From NCBI GenBank assembly GCA_028867755.1, contig JAGWFT010000001.1:164727-228726 (forward strand): a stretch of DNA of 64,000 nucleotides. The letters are read 5' to 3'. The stretch comes from Nitrososphaerota archaeon. Lineage in GTDB: Archaea; Thermoproteota; Nitrososphaeria; Nitrososphaerales; Nitrosopumilaceae. The translations under genes were made by a program, and so were the position numbers. How positions within the stretch are numbered: the first letter of the stretch is position 1; each line of letters starts with the position of its first letter. Shown here one piece after another: positions 29,675 to 39,915 of the stretch. The notes under the pieces are model-generated. The model was not told where the DNA came from. It saw only the letters and a program-made list of their open reading frames with translations, and searched no databases.

Positions 29675-30502
29675 TTGAATTTGTTGGGTTTACTCTCTGC
29701 AGTTGGCGCGGCCACATGTTGGGGTACTTTTTTTGTTCCTGTTAGAAAGGTCAGGGTTGTAGATATTTGGCAGTTACAAGGCGCCACTGGTATAGGTGTA
29801 ATCCTATTTGCTATTCCAGTTGGTTTTTTGTGGGGATTTCAGATTTTACCATCTGGATTATTAAGTGGAGCAATATGGACAGCTGGAAACATACTTGCTC
29901 TTTATTCTGTTAGATTGATTGGACTTTCTAGAACATCTCCATTTCTTGCAGGTTTCAGTGTTCTCGTATCATTTTTGTGGGGAATTTTGTATTTTAATGA
30001 AAAATTCAACTACATATTTCTTGCAATTATTGCAGTAGGATTATTGCTTGGCGGACTAGTTTTTATTTCAAATACATCAAAGAACCAACCCGTACAAAAG
30101 AAAGGATATCTTATTGCAGTAGCATCAGGACTAGTGGGAGGTTCTTATGTCATACCTCTTCAAGCTGCACATTCACTTCAAGCTGGATTTTTTTCATCCA
30201 GTCTTTCTATCTTTGCAATTGGTATACCTTTACTATTGTTCTCAAGAAAATTTGCAAAGAAAGAAATGATAGCAGGAACTCTTTCCGGCTGTTTATTTAA
30301 CGTGGGAAGCTTGGCTGTTTTGATAGCAGTGGGACTGATAGGAATTACTGTAGCTTATCCCATATCACAAACAGCTACATTATTTGCAATTTCTTGGGGA
30401 GTTTTGTATTTTAGAGAAATTATTCATAGGCAGGGTATATTCAGAATCATTACTGGAGCTGTCCTAATATTGTGCGGAGCAGCATTAATCACAATTGCAT
30501 AG
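29675..30502 (+). CDS. DMT superfamily transporter (GRP/sugar-transport-like, ~10 TM)
   Basis: CWGTFFVP, GAIWTAGN, IGLSR and WGILYFNE repeated halves. Confidence 0.8.
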   Translation: MNLLGLLSAVGAATCWGTFFVPVRKVRVVDIWQLQGATGIGVILFAIPVGFLWGFQILPSGLLSGAIWTAGNILALYSVRLIGLSRTSPFLAGFSVLVSFLWGILYFNEKFNYIFLAIIAVGLLLGGLVFISNTSKNQPVQKKGYLIAVASGLVGGSYVIPLQAAHSLQAGFFSSSLSIFAIGIPLLLFSRKFAKKEMIAGTLSGCLFNVGSLAVLIAVGLIGITVAYPISQTATLFAISWGVLYFREIIHRQGIFRIITGAVLILCGAALITIA

Positions 30503-30540
30503 TCAAACATTTTATTTGGTCAAAAGTTATTGAATTCAAA

Positions 30541-31215
30541 TTGAAGGCAGTAGTAGTATTTAGTGGCGGAATAGATTCTGTATGTACCGTGGCTTATTTA
30601 CAGAAATGTTATGATATTTATGGAATTACTTTTTCATATGGTCAGAAGGCCAATCAAGAACTAAATGTGGCAAAGCATTTTTCTGAAATATTAGAATTTC
30701 GCGAACACAAAGTAATTGATATAGGATTTATGAAAGAATTGTACGAAAAGACAAATGCACTGACATATTCAAAAATGAATATACCTTCCAAGTTTGACTA
30801 TTCGATAGTTGTGCCAATAAGAAATGCTGTATTTCTTTCCATAGCATCTGCTTGGGCATTTTCAAAAAATGCTAACCTGGTAGCATATGGAGCTCACAAA
30901 GACGATCAATCATACCCAGATTGCAGACCGAAATTCTCCAAATTACTTACAAATGCACTTAATGAAGGAGAGATTGACGGTATAAAAAAAGGCTTGAGAA
31001 AGAAGATTAGAATATGGAGCCCATTTATAGAAGGCCTTTCTAAAAGCAACCTGCTCAAAATCGGTTATGATTTGCTTGGAGATGACATATTCAAAACTTG
31101 GAGTTGTTATTCTCAGTCAAAAATACATTGTGGAAAATGTGAATCATGTAATAATAGGAAAATGGCTTTTCGTCAAGCAAACATGATGGACAAGACCAGA
31201 TACAGATTTAGCTAG
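30541..31215 (+). CDS. queC: 7-cyano-7-deazaguanine synthase
   Basis: FSGGIDS, YGQ, VPIRNAVF, YPDCRP and WSCY..HCGKCESC motifs; TTG start at 30541 preferred over 30472. Confidence 0.95.
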   Translation: MKAVVVFSGGIDSVCTVAYLQKCYDIYGITFSYGQKANQELNVAKHFSEILEFREHKVIDIGFMKELYEKTNALTYSKMNIPSKFDYSIVVPIRNAVFLSIASAWAFSKNANLVAYGAHKDDQSYPDCRPKFSKLLTNALNEGEIDGIKKGLRKKIRIWSPFIEGLSKSNLLKIGYDLLGDDIFKTWSCYSQSKIHCGKCESCNNRKMAFRQANMMDKTRYRFS

Positions 31216-31216
31216 C

Positions 31217-31480
31217 CTAGATTTTTAGTGCTGGTCTTTTTAAAAGAAGTGGGCGCACGATAAGATAGTATAATGGATACGGTATACCAACAATTCCCCA
31301 GAAGATCCAATTGGTCATAGATTCATCAAAGCCTAATTTTTTGAAGTAATCCATTGAGGTTGCTGCAATTAATATCCCAACTGCCATTATAATGAAGAAT
31401 TCGATCGCATACCATGCAAAGGCTGGCCAGGAATCCTTTGGAACATGAACATTGTTATGTACACCCATGCCTGTCATCAA
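31217..31480 (-). CDS. Small 2-TM membrane protein
   Basis: Two hydrophobic helices; co-oriented downstream of folE. Confidence 0.7.
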   Translation of the reverse strand: MMTGMGVHNNVHVPKDSWPAFAWYAIEFFIIMAVGILIAATSMDYFKKLGFDESMTNWIFWGIVGIPYPLYYLIVRPLLLKRPALKI

Positions 31481-31507
31481 TTGGACGTTATTATTTAATT
31501 TTTCAGA

Positions 31508-32068
31508 TTAAACTATATTCGTCTTGGATCTTCCACTATAAATTAAACTTAGAACATCAGTTCTTGCTTCTTTTGTATCATAAATACCCCTTGAGGCAAT
31601 AGTTGTTACCATAGAATCATTTCTTACACCACGCATCTTCATGCAAAGATGTTCTCCTTCTGCTATCACTAATACTCCTTTTACTCCTTCAGAATGCAAT
31701 TCATCTGCAATGTTTTTTGTAATTCTTTCTTGGATTTGCAGTCTAGCTGAGTATTTTTCTACTAGTCTAACCAGCTTTGATATGCCAAACACTTTTCCGT
31801 TTGGAGAATATGCTATTGTTATCTTACCAAAAAATGGTAACATGTGATGTTCACACATAGAATAAAACTGGATCTCTTTTGCTATAACTACATCAGAATC
31901 TTCAGAGAATTTAACTGAGAGTTCTGATTCTGCATCATATCCCTTGAAGATCTCTTCATACATGTCTGCGATTCTGTTAGGGGTATCCACTAGGCCTTCT
32001 CTTGTAGGATCTTCACCTATCTCGGCAATTAATTCTCGAATTAATTTTTTTACTCTTTCTTTGTTCAT
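31508..32068 (-). CDS. folE: GTP cyclohydrolase I
   Basis: REGLVDTP, SMCEHH, GISKL, RLQIQER and HLCMKMRGV motifs. Confidence 0.97.
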   Translation of the reverse strand: MNKERVKKLIRELIAEIGEDPTREGLVDTPNRIADMYEEIFKGYDAESELSVKFSEDSDVVIAKEIQFYSMCEHHMLPFFGKITIAYSPNGKVFGISKLVRLVEKYSARLQIQERITKNIADELHSEGVKGVLVIAEGEHLCMKMRGVRNDSMVTTIASRGIYDTKEARTDVLSLIYSGRSKTNIV

Positions 32069-32781
32069 TATGGTGCTCCAATAAATTTATGCAACTGAGG
32101 TACAATCCGTACTTCTTCGTAATAAGTATAAACTGCATCATAAAATTCAAGAAGTTGTCTCAAATCTGGCTCTGCCATACCATACGTAGGCTGTATTATA
32201 AATCCTGCAACCTTGGATTTTGATGTTATGCTAAAAATACTATCTAGGAGCTGTTTGAATTGTTCAATCTTAGTTCTAGAGCTTACAACTATTTTGATAT
32301 AAGTTACTTTACCAGAATTGGCGGCAAGATTCAAACATTGTAATTCATTTTCCAAAAGTTTAGAATAATGATCTTCATCTACAAATTCAGAATCAATAGT
32401 CTTGAACTCGATTTTGATATAATCAAAATGCGGTAAAACTTGTGCAAATTTAGTAGAATCAAAACAAGACGATTCCAAGTAGGTTGGAATATTCTTTTGT
32501 TGTACAAACTTTGCCAATTCATATAACGCTTCAGATTGGACAAGCGGATCTCCACCAGTAAAATTTACTTTGTATGTATTTTTTGCCAAGCTATTTTCAA
32601 TTAGATTCTTTGCTTCATCTATTGAGTATTCTTTTCCTGATGTCATAGGTAATGCTTCTTTTGTATCGCAATAGAAACATTTGAAAGGACATCCAGCTAG
32701 CCTAACAAAAAGCGTCTTAGTACCATAGAGAATCCCTTCTCCTTCTACTGATGTAAATATTTCATATAGTCTTACCTTCAA
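32068..32781 (-). CDS. queE: 7-carboxy-7-deazaguanine synthase (radical SAM)
   Basis: EIFTSVEGEG, FVRLAGCPFKCFYCDT, FTGGDP and PQLHK motifs. Confidence 0.93.
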   Translation of the reverse strand: MKVRLYEIFTSVEGEGILYGTKTLFVRLAGCPFKCFYCDTKEALPMTSGKEYSIDEAKNLIENSLAKNTYKVNFTGGDPLVQSEALYELAKFVQQKNIPTYLESSCFDSTKFAQVLPHFDYIKIEFKTIDSEFVDEDHYSKLLENELQCLNLAANSGKVTYIKIVVSSRTKIEQFKQLLDSIFSITSKSKVAGFIIQPTYGMAEPDLRQLLEFYDAVYTYYEEVRIVPQLHKFIGAP

Positions 32782-32846
32782 GCATTCAATCTCTGTTTAT
32801 TCAATATTTATTTAATTGGATCCCATGATGAACAATTTTTACTAAA

Positions 32847-35243
32847 ATGATTTATCTGATTAACGATAAGAATCACACGATGAGAAAAGTAATTCTTCTG
32901 CTTGTATTTGCAGTTTCAACAATTTTTGTTACTTATCAACAGGCAAATGCCATAACCATAACTGCAACTCCCCAGACTCTTAATTTTGGACCAAATGACT
33001 GGATATCTGTAAGTCTTAAAATTCAAGGATATACTGGTGGTGTAATATCGTGGGTAGCACATAGACCAGATAATTCCACAATATCAGGCAACCTTACTCA
33101 AGTTAAAGGAGATGGATCTACTACACATCAAATAATAAGAAATGCATTTGATAATTATTTTGGCAATTGGTCAATTGATTACACATACAACGGTGTAAAA
33201 CAAATAGTTAATTTCAAAGTAACTCCAATTGTGTTAACTATCTTTACTGACAAGTATCTCTATTATGAGCCTGATATCATGAAAATCAATATCACTACTT
33301 CATATTATGTACCTGTTGCAGCTCATGCAGAATTTATTCATCTAAATTTTTATGATCAAAAAGGAAAACTTCTAAATGATATAATACCTATTGACATTAG
33401 AGCTTTTCAGCCCAATGTAATTTACAATTTTGCCATGGGGGGACTGGCACACTATCATCCACCAGGACTATACAAACTAAAGGTGCAATACTATAACACA
33501 GTAGTTGAAATACCATTTCTTTTAGGTGAATATTCAACACTTATGCAGGTGTCATCACAGACAGACAAAAATACTTACCAAGTTGGCGATGCAGTTAACA
33601 TGGAATTATTAATCACAAGAGTCACACAATCTAATGGTACACTGAAAATAACTGATCCTTTGGGAGATGTTACCGTTCATCAATTTCATGTAAATTCTGT
33701 ACACACTTCTTTAATCTTAGACGATATGACAAAGCATATTGGTACGTATAGTTATGTGGTTCAATATGCAGGCATCAGTAATTCAGGTTCGTTCAATGTT
33801 ATTGCAAATCCGACACCACTACCAAATATAGAACTTGATGTATCTCCGGACAAACTAAACTACAGGCCAGGAGAGATCATTCATGTAAAAATTCACATTT
33901 CACAGATAATTACAAATTCAACAAGCCTTTGGGTTGTTGATCCAAATGGGGTAGAATATCCAAGATTGTCTTTACCAATAACAACAACTGATACAATTCT
34001 ACCACACAAGATAAGTAAAAATTACATGACTGGACAGTGGACGCTCTACATAGATTATGATAGAATAATCAGGGATGTTCCATTCTATGTTAAAGGATCT
34101 CCAGTTAATGATAATGATATACTTAATATCAATCAGTTTAGTGTGCCTACTTTTGTTTCAAATTTTGGTGCAACGTCTTTTAATGCTCCAACTGGAATAG
34201 CTATAGACTCAGATAATGATGTTTATGTTGTAGATTCTGGTAATTCTCAAGTAAAAAAATTTGATTCTGAAGGAAAGTTATTGTTATCTTGGGGAACTGT
34301 CGGTTCGGAAAATGGTCAATTTATTCATCCAAACGGTATCTTTGTTGGAAAGAAGTATGTCTATGTAGCTGATACTGGAAATGCCAGAATTCAAATGTTC
34401 GACAAAGAAGGCAATTTCATTTATGGATGGGGAAGCTATGGTGATGCACATGGCATGTTACATACTCCAGTAGGATTGGCTACAGATAGTAGTGGAGATC
34501 TGTTTGTTGCAGATTCTGGAAGAAACACTATTCAGATATTTAATACACAGGATGTATATGCCAATGAGATAAAGTCGTTACTAACAGAAGGGGCAAATTT
34601 CACATCGCTTAATGGGATAGCCTTCGATTCAAATGATTATTTTTATGTATCTTCTTCTGATAACAAAATACTAAAGTTCTCAGACATTGGAGATTTCATA
34701 AACTTTTTTGGTTCCAATGGAACTGAAAATAGTAGATTTATCAATCCAACTGCGATAGCTATAGATTCTAAAGATAACTTTTACGTTGCTGATACTAACA
34801 ACCACAGAATTCAGAAATTTGATCCTTATGGAAATTTTATTCTAAGTTGGGGTTCTGAAGGAACCTCTACTGGTCAATTTGAGGAACCAGTAGGTCTTGC
34901 AACCGATTCTTTAGGAAATATCTACATAGTAGACAAGAAAAATGACAATATACAAAAATTTTCCTTATATGGAATAAGTAGTAAGACTGTACCAAATTGG
35001 GTTAGAGAGAGGGCATTATGGTGGTCTGAAGGTGCACTAGGTAAAGACGATTTTGCATTGGTTGTAAAGTTCATGATAAATCAAGGCTTGATAGATGCTA
35101 CTGCCATGAATGAAACATCATCAATACATGTTCCACAATGGGTGAAAAAAGAAGCTAATTGGTGGGCACTTGGTCAGATTGATGATGAATCTTTTGCCAA
35201 TAGCCTTCAATATCTTATTTCTATTGGAATCCTGAAAGTTTAG
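32847..35243 (+). CDS. Secreted protein: MG2-like Ig domains + NHL beta-propeller + C-terminal thaumarchaeal 'PxWxK..WW' module
   Basis: TDKxxYxxG segments x3; NHL repeats (PTGIAIDS..VYVVDSGN..VKKFD); VPNWVRERALWW and VPQWVKKEANWW. Confidence 0.88.
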   Translation: MIYLINDKNHTMRKVILLLVFAVSTIFVTYQQANAITITATPQTLNFGPNDWISVSLKIQGYTGGVISWVAHRPDNSTISGNLTQVKGDGSTTHQIIRNAFDNYFGNWSIDYTYNGVKQIVNFKVTPIVLTIFTDKYLYYEPDIMKINITTSYYVPVAAHAEFIHLNFYDQKGKLLNDIIPIDIRAFQPNVIYNFAMGGLAHYHPPGLYKLKVQYYNTVVEIPFLLGEYSTLMQVSSQTDKNTYQVGDAVNMELLITRVTQSNGTLKITDPLGDVTVHQFHVNSVHTSLILDDMTKHIGTYSYVVQYAGISNSGSFNVIANPTPLPNIELDVSPDKLNYRPGEIIHVKIHISQIITNSTSLWVVDPNGVEYPRLSLPITTTDTILPHKISKNYMTGQWTLYIDYDRIIRDVPFYVKGSPVNDNDILNINQFSVPTFVSNFGATSFNAPTGIAIDSDNDVYVVDSGNSQVKKFDSEGKLLLSWGTVGSENGQFIHPNGIFVGKKYVYVADTGNARIQMFDKEGNFIYGWGSYGDAHGMLHTPVGLATDSSGDLFVADSGRNTIQIFNTQDVYANEIKSLLTEGANFTSLNGIAFDSNDYFYVSSSDNKILKFSDIGDFINFFGSNGTENSRFINPTAIAIDSKDNFYVADTNNHRIQKFDPYGNFILSWGSEGTSTGQFEEPVGLATDSLGNIYIVDKKNDNIQKFSLYGISSKTVPNWVRERALWWSEGALGKDDFALVVKFMINQGLIDATAMNETSSIHVPQWVKKEANWWALGQIDDESFANSLQYLISIGILKV

Positions 35244-35437
35244 GAAATAATTCGTGGCATCTTTCTGGCAAATAATCCTGCAATAAATATTAAAACTCCA
35301 AGAATTCCTATAAGGCTTCCAATAAACTGGACAGTATCACCTAGATCTGGTTGAGTGGGAGCATATAGTACAGCCAGTACCGCACCTATTACAATCATTG
35401 GAATACCAATACCTATTGAGATTTGTTTTGAAACCAT
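35240..35437 (-). CDS. Small 2-TM membrane protein
   Basis: Two hydrophobic helices, basic C-terminus. Confidence 0.7.
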   Translation of the reverse strand: MVSKQISIGIGIPMIVIGAVLAVLYAPTQPDLGDTVQFIGSLIGILGVLIFIAGLFARKMPRIIS

Positions 35438-35537
35438 CTGTTATATCATCCCAGTAAAAATCTATATGAATTTTATGAAATCCTTGCTCATCTAGAGGAT
35501 GTAATTAGTCATCATCCCAATTGCAAATGATGTTCTG

Positions 35538-36716
35538 CTAGTTTTGGTGTTGGTGTCCTTTTTCAGGTTTTGTACGTTCATCATGACTTTTTCCATGATC
35601 ATTATGTCCTGTATTTTGTTCTAATGCTGTAGTATTTGCATGTGGAGTAAGAGGTGGAGGTGTTGGCTGGATAAATGGAATGGTGTTGGATGCAGTTGAG
35701 TTGGTAGTTGGTGGTGTAGTTGGTGGTGTAGTAGGTGGTGTAGTAGGTGGTGTAGTAGGTGGTGTAGTAGGTGGTGTAGTAGGTGGTGTAGTAGGTGGTG
35801 TAGTAGGTGATGGAGATACAACAGTGGAGTTGGTAGATGGAGATACCGTAGATTTCTCAGCTAACTGTGCTTTTTGATATGCTTGAATTTTCTTTATCAG
35901 ATTTATTGCCTGATCAATCTTACCTTCTGATGCTAATTGCTTGAGCTCCGTAACCATATCTTTAGGATTGCTTGCTACAGTAACATTAGAATTATTTGCA
36001 ATAGGTGAGATGGTAGACGAATTGATAGGCATAGTATTTTGAGTCACATTAAGTTTGACAGTATTATTGGATTGGCTTTCATTGTTGAGTTGTGCAATTT
36101 GTTTTTCAGTAAAATCTTTTGCTCTCTCAGAAATTCTTTCTTTTGCAATATTGGTAAGAGAATTATGTGTCTCAGCAACAAAGTCATTAGCACTCTGTAT
36201 TTGTTTTGAGGCATCATCAAGATTTCCAGAATTAAGATCTTGGTTTGTATTCTGGATCATTTCATCAAAGCTTGTAAAATTAATATTTGCGTTGTTTTGT
36301 AATGCAATGGATTTTAGAAGACTAATCATGTTTTCTAGCTTAACTATTTCTCCTCGTAGTTGCATTGTCTCCGTTTTTTGTTGATCATTTGGTGCTGTTG
36401 CATTAAGCGAGTTTATCTTATCATTTGTCTGCTTGAAGAACTTCATGGCAGCAAGGAAGTGTTGTTTAGCCGAATTAACATCCTGTTCAGATACTGCTTG
36501 GGCTAGCTGGTCGGTTTCATTGGAACCTTGATTATAGAGCTGGCTAATCTCATCAGGTACATTGCTGATTTGCGATATTGTTATGCTGAGGTTGTCTCTG
36601 GCTTGAGTAGCAATATTGAGTAAAGTATCTAATTGCGGATCAGCAAAGGACTGACTTGGGATACCAAATATCATGGTTCCAACCAGTATCAAAAGAAATG
36701 ATGATAGTGTCTTCAT
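35538..36716 (-). CDS. Secreted alpha-helical protein with Pro/Thr (PTTP) repeat and His-rich tail
   Basis: Signal peptide; helical bundles; (PTTP)n linker; C-terminus HNDHGKSHDE..HQHQN. Confidence 0.85.
   Translation of the reverse strand: MKTLSSFLLILVGTMIFGIPSQSFADPQLDTLLNIATQARDNLSITISQISNVPDEISQLYNQGSNETDQLAQAVSEQDVNSAKQHFLAAMKFFKQTNDKINSLNATAPNDQQKTETMQLRGEIVKLENMISLLKSIALQNNANINFTSFDEMIQNTNQDLNSGNLDDASKQIQSANDFVAETHNSLTNIAKERISERAKDFTEKQIAQLNNESQSNNTVKLNVTQNTMPINSSTISPIANNSNVTVASNPKDMVTELKQLASEGKIDQAINLIKKIQAYQKAQLAEKSTVSPSTNSTVVSPSPTTPPTTPPTTPPTTPPTTPPTTPPTTPPTTPPTTNSTASNTIPFIQPTPPPLTPHANTTALEQNTGHNDHGKSHDERTKPEKGHQHQN
35710..35805. repeat. 12-bp tandem repeat x8 (ggtggtgtagta)
   Basis: Read directly; encodes PTTP repeats on the minus strand. 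Confidence 0.95.
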
Positions 36717-37939
36717 TCCTGACCCTCCTCAACTTTTTGCAATTTTATGAGATTTTGCTGGTCTACTTTTTCTATTTCAACAATTCCTTCTCGTTCTAAT
36801 CGCTTTACTGCTCTCCATGTTGTAGTACGTGGTAGAAGGAATTTCTTACGAAGTTCACTTTCAAAAACTCTTCCGCCCTTTTCAGAGATAAATATTACAA
36901 TGTCTTTGTCTTCCTGGCGTAGTTCTGGTTTGAGTCTAAATATTGTTTCTTTATCTGGAGGCACATAGTTACCCTGTGGAACCTGCGGTACAGATATCTC
37001 CTTTGTTGTTCTAGATCTTTTCAATATAATAAACATGGCAGTTATTGCTGCTGCAGAACCACCTGCAGCTAAAATTGGAATAGTATAATTATTATTTCCA
37101 GCTGTAATTATATCAGTATTATTGCTAGCTCCAGTTTGTTTTGTAGAAAGAGCTGTTTGTTGTTCCTGAATAGCTAAGTTCTTGGCATCATTAGCCAATG
37201 CTTCTGCATCAGAATATCTGCCTTCATTAAAAGCTGTATTTGCTTCATCAAGTTTTTCAGAAGCAAGAGGAGTCGTTATGCCTTCAGAGTTTACTGTACT
37301 TGTGAAATCTTTAGCATGTTGAATTGCTAAAGTTGCAGTCTGGCTTGTGCCTAATACACCAAATATGTAACTAATATCTACAGAACCACTTGGGAATGAA
37401 ATAAGTGATTGACCATTCACAACCTGCAAGTCTGATGGAGTTGTACTCATACCTACAATTACAGTATTTGCAGGCAAGAGTACAGAATAATCAACAAGGG
37501 AATTTACATGAAATGCCCAAGTCTTTCCACTTTTGGATACAAGATCAGGAGTGTCATAGTCAACTTTGATTGTAGAAGCCCCGAGAGTTTCGACATCCAC
37601 ATTATTTGTGTTCATTTTGCTTGAAAGTAATGTTCCATTCTGATCTTGTACAACAAAATTATCGGTAGTGTTACCATACAAGCCAAGCGTGAAATCAGGA
37701 GACTGTGAATCAACATCGGTTTGATAGAAGACATGTGTAGTACCATCAGTGTAAATAGTAAACTCAAGAACCTTAGACGAGCTTAATGCATATTGAATAC
37801 AGGAAGAAAAGGCAAGTAAGAAAAAACAGACAACAAATACTGGTGCCTTTAGCATAGATGTCAGAATATAGGTAATCCTTACAAAAAGCATTGCTTCTGC
37901 TTGCGCTTCTATTGGGATCGCCAGAGTTTTCTGGTACAT
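36713..37939 (-). CDS. Membrane-anchored protein: extracellular domain, TM helix, cytoplasmic winged-HTH (COG2512-like)
   Basis: TM IPILAAGGSAAAITAMFIIL; C-terminus GGRVFESELRKKFLLPRTTTWRAVKRLEREGIVEIEK. True start probably downstream of 37939. Confidence 0.8.
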   Translation of the reverse strand: MYQKTLAIPIEAQAEAMLFVRITYILTSMLKAPVFVVCFFLLAFSSCIQYALSSSKVLEFTIYTDGTTHVFYQTDVDSQSPDFTLGLYGNTTDNFVVQDQNGTLLSSKMNTNNVDVETLGASTIKVDYDTPDLVSKSGKTWAFHVNSLVDYSVLLPANTVIVGMSTTPSDLQVVNGQSLISFPSGSVDISYIFGVLGTSQTATLAIQHAKDFTSTVNSEGITTPLASEKLDEANTAFNEGRYSDAEALANDAKNLAIQEQQTALSTKQTGASNNTDIITAGNNNYTIPILAAGGSAAAITAMFIILKRSRTTKEISVPQVPQGNYVPPDKETIFRLKPELRQEDKDIVIFISEKGGRVFESELRKKFLLPRTTTWRAVKRLEREGIVEIEKVDQQNLIKLQKVEEGQE

Positions 37940-37942
37940 TCT

Positions 37943-38230
37943 TTAGTACCTTAGGTTAAGTCCTTGGACAACACCCTGAAATCTCTGAAATTCCTGAAAG
38001 AACCTGATCCCTTTCTCTGTAATCCTAAATAGTCGATTTCTGTCAGCCTTCATAGATTCTACCAGGCCTGCATCTATCAGCTTCTGGCATTTCTCCAAGA
38101 CTGCATAATGAGAGAGGTTTGCTCTTCTGGAAATAGCAGAGACTATTACTCCCTGCATCCCACCATCCATGGTGACACCCAAGATATCAGCAATGATGCC
38201 CATTTCGGATCTGTATTGTTGTTTTGACAT
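37943..38230 (-). CDS. Small winged-HTH transcription regulator
   Basis: YRSEMGIIADIL..ISRRANLSH..LIDAGLV..FRITEKG. Confidence 0.88.
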   Translation of the reverse strand: MSKQQYRSEMGIIADILGVTMDGGMQGVIVSAISRRANLSHYAVLEKCQKLIDAGLVESMKADRNRLFRITEKGIRFFQEFQRFQGVVQGLNLRY

Positions 38231-38277
38231 GGCATCTTATGGAGTGGATGTTTTATCAGGGACAGCATGAAACATCA

Positions 38278-38319
38278 TAGCGGAACGCCTAGCGGAACAG
38301 GTATTTCATACCTTGAAAT
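38278..38319. promoter_or_regulatory. Candidate operator: TAGCGGAAC direct repeat x2 plus ATTTCA-N5-TGAAAT palindrome
   Basis: Direct repeats at 38278-38286 and 38290-38298; inverted repeat at 38303-38319; lies in the divergent wHTH/TRAM intergenic region. Confidence 0.45.
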
Positions 38320-38426
38320 GGTCTAAAATGAGATATTTACGAAGCGGGAGAGAATATTGTCTTGACAATTATTTGAACAGATTTTATAGGGCACTATGAC
38401 AGGTCTAATAACAAGGAGGTGCAACG

Positions 38427-38759
38427 GTGAGCTTTAACGACTCTGGTTTTGGTGAAAGTCCAAGACAAGGATACAGTGGAAATAGAGGTTATGGTGGCGG
38501 AGGTCGAAGATTCGGCGGCGGTGGACGACGCTTTGATGATAATAGACCAAAGCCAGTAGAAACTGGTAAAGAGTACGATGTATCCGTAACAGAAATCAGT
38601 AGGAAAGGGGACGGTATTGCAAGAGTAGAAGGTTTTGTCATATTCGTCAAAGGTGGACAAGTAGGCCAGAACGCAAAAGTAAAGATTACGCAAGTTGGCG
38701 GACGCTTTGCTACTGCTGATGTAGTAGGCGAAGGAACCCCACAACCAGCAACAGAATAA
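38427..38759 (+). CDS. Single-TRAM-domain RNA-binding protein with Gly/Arg-rich N-terminus
   Basis: PKPVETGKEYDVSVTEISRKGDGIARVEGFVIFV; SD-like AGGAGGTG upstream of the GTG start. Confidence 0.92.
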   Translation: MSFNDSGFGESPRQGYSGNRGYGGGGRRFGGGGRRFDDNRPKPVETGKEYDVSVTEISRKGDGIARVEGFVIFVKGGQVGQNAKVKITQVGGRFATADVVGEGTPQPATE

Positions 38760-38791
38760 AACTGGTTGCCTAAAAGGCGTTTTCTGATTTC

Positions 38792-39172
38792 TTACAAATT
38801 ACTCGTTTTCTTTTTTATCTTCTCTATAATTTCCAGCTTTCTTGTTATATCCATATTTGGCTCCATGGTAACATAGACTGTTTTGTGTTTTGGATAAACA
38901 ACAATTTGTGTAACCTTTTGTCGTTCTATATGCACATAATTGACTGGACCTAGACTCTTATCAAACTGCTTTCGGATTTTTCTTCTTATGGCTACCTGTT
39001 TACAAAAGTGCTCTTCCTCTTTTTGTGATTTAAGAGATGTTTTACCTTCTTTCATTATGGCTTCAGATATGTTACCTTTGAGATCTATAATAGCAGCAAA
39101 TCTCATCATTGGATCTAGTTCTAATATATCTTCCACAATTGGAATGAATTCTATCTTACGATTACTCTTCAA
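38792..39172 (-). CDS. Thaumarchaeal conserved hypothetical protein (roadblock/PAS-like small domain)
   Basis: MRFAAIIDLKGNI..FDKSLGPVNYVHIER pattern. Confidence 0.75.
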   Translation of the reverse strand: MKSNRKIEFIPIVEDILELDPMMRFAAIIDLKGNISEAIMKEGKTSLKSQKEEEHFCKQVAIRRKIRKQFDKSLGPVNYVHIERQKVTQIVVYPKHKTVYVTMEPNMDITRKLEIIEKIKKKTSNL

Positions 39173-39327
39173 TTAATGAAAAGCAAACCTTGATTCTAAA
39201 TATATCTTGGTTTCAAGTAACTTTGATCGCTAAATATACCTAAAGGGAGTGTTCTGATAGAAAACACGGACACTTCTTTCATCTATTAACTTTTTATATA
39301 TTACACATTACAGTAGTCATAAGCAAT

Positions 39328-39915
39328 ATGTTTGAAAAGTTCAGAAAGAAAAAGGACGAATTTAAGCCGGATTCCACTGAAAAGGAGGAAGAAAGTGTTA
39401 CATCTGAAACCATACAATATCAGCCTCAAGAGATCAGACCGGAGGAAACTGATGTTATTGAGCAATCTAGAACCAAACCTACTGAACAAGTAAAAATATC
39501 AGAACCTATGCAACAAAGAGCAATGAGTGCATCTGGAGAAGATATAGGAATAAGAGCCCTAATGGACAAACGAACTAAGCTTGAGGAAGCAATTGATTAT
39601 GTAGGATTAATGATTAAGAATTTGAAAGATAAGAGAACGAATCTGGAAAAGAGCATAGAAGACGAATCTGTGGACATTAAGAATCTTAAGGAGAAACTGA
39701 TTAAGGTTGGTCAGTATCTTGAAGAGGAAAAACAGGGAATAAAGACATTACAACAAAAGAGAGGCGAGGTTGAAAGAGAAGCAGATGATGTAGCTGCAAT
39801 TATCAACAACCTGCGTGAAAAATTATTGAATATAGATAGGATAGTAAATGAAGAAGGCAGTAAGATAGAGAAATTTAAAGATACTAGACCCAAGTCTGAA
39901 TCTTCGTTCGGCTAG
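39328..39915 (+). CDS. Coiled-coil hypothetical protein
   Basis: Long heptad-rich C-terminal ~110 aa. Confidence 0.8.
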   Translation: MFEKFRKKKDEFKPDSTEKEEESVTSETIQYQPQEIRPEETDVIEQSRTKPTEQVKISEPMQQRAMSASGEDIGIRALMDKRTKLEEAIDYVGLMIKNLKDKRTNLEKSIEDESVDIKNLKEKLIKVGQYLEEEKQGIKTLQQKRGEVEREADDVAAIINNLREKLLNIDRIVNEEGSKIEKFKDTRPKSESSFG

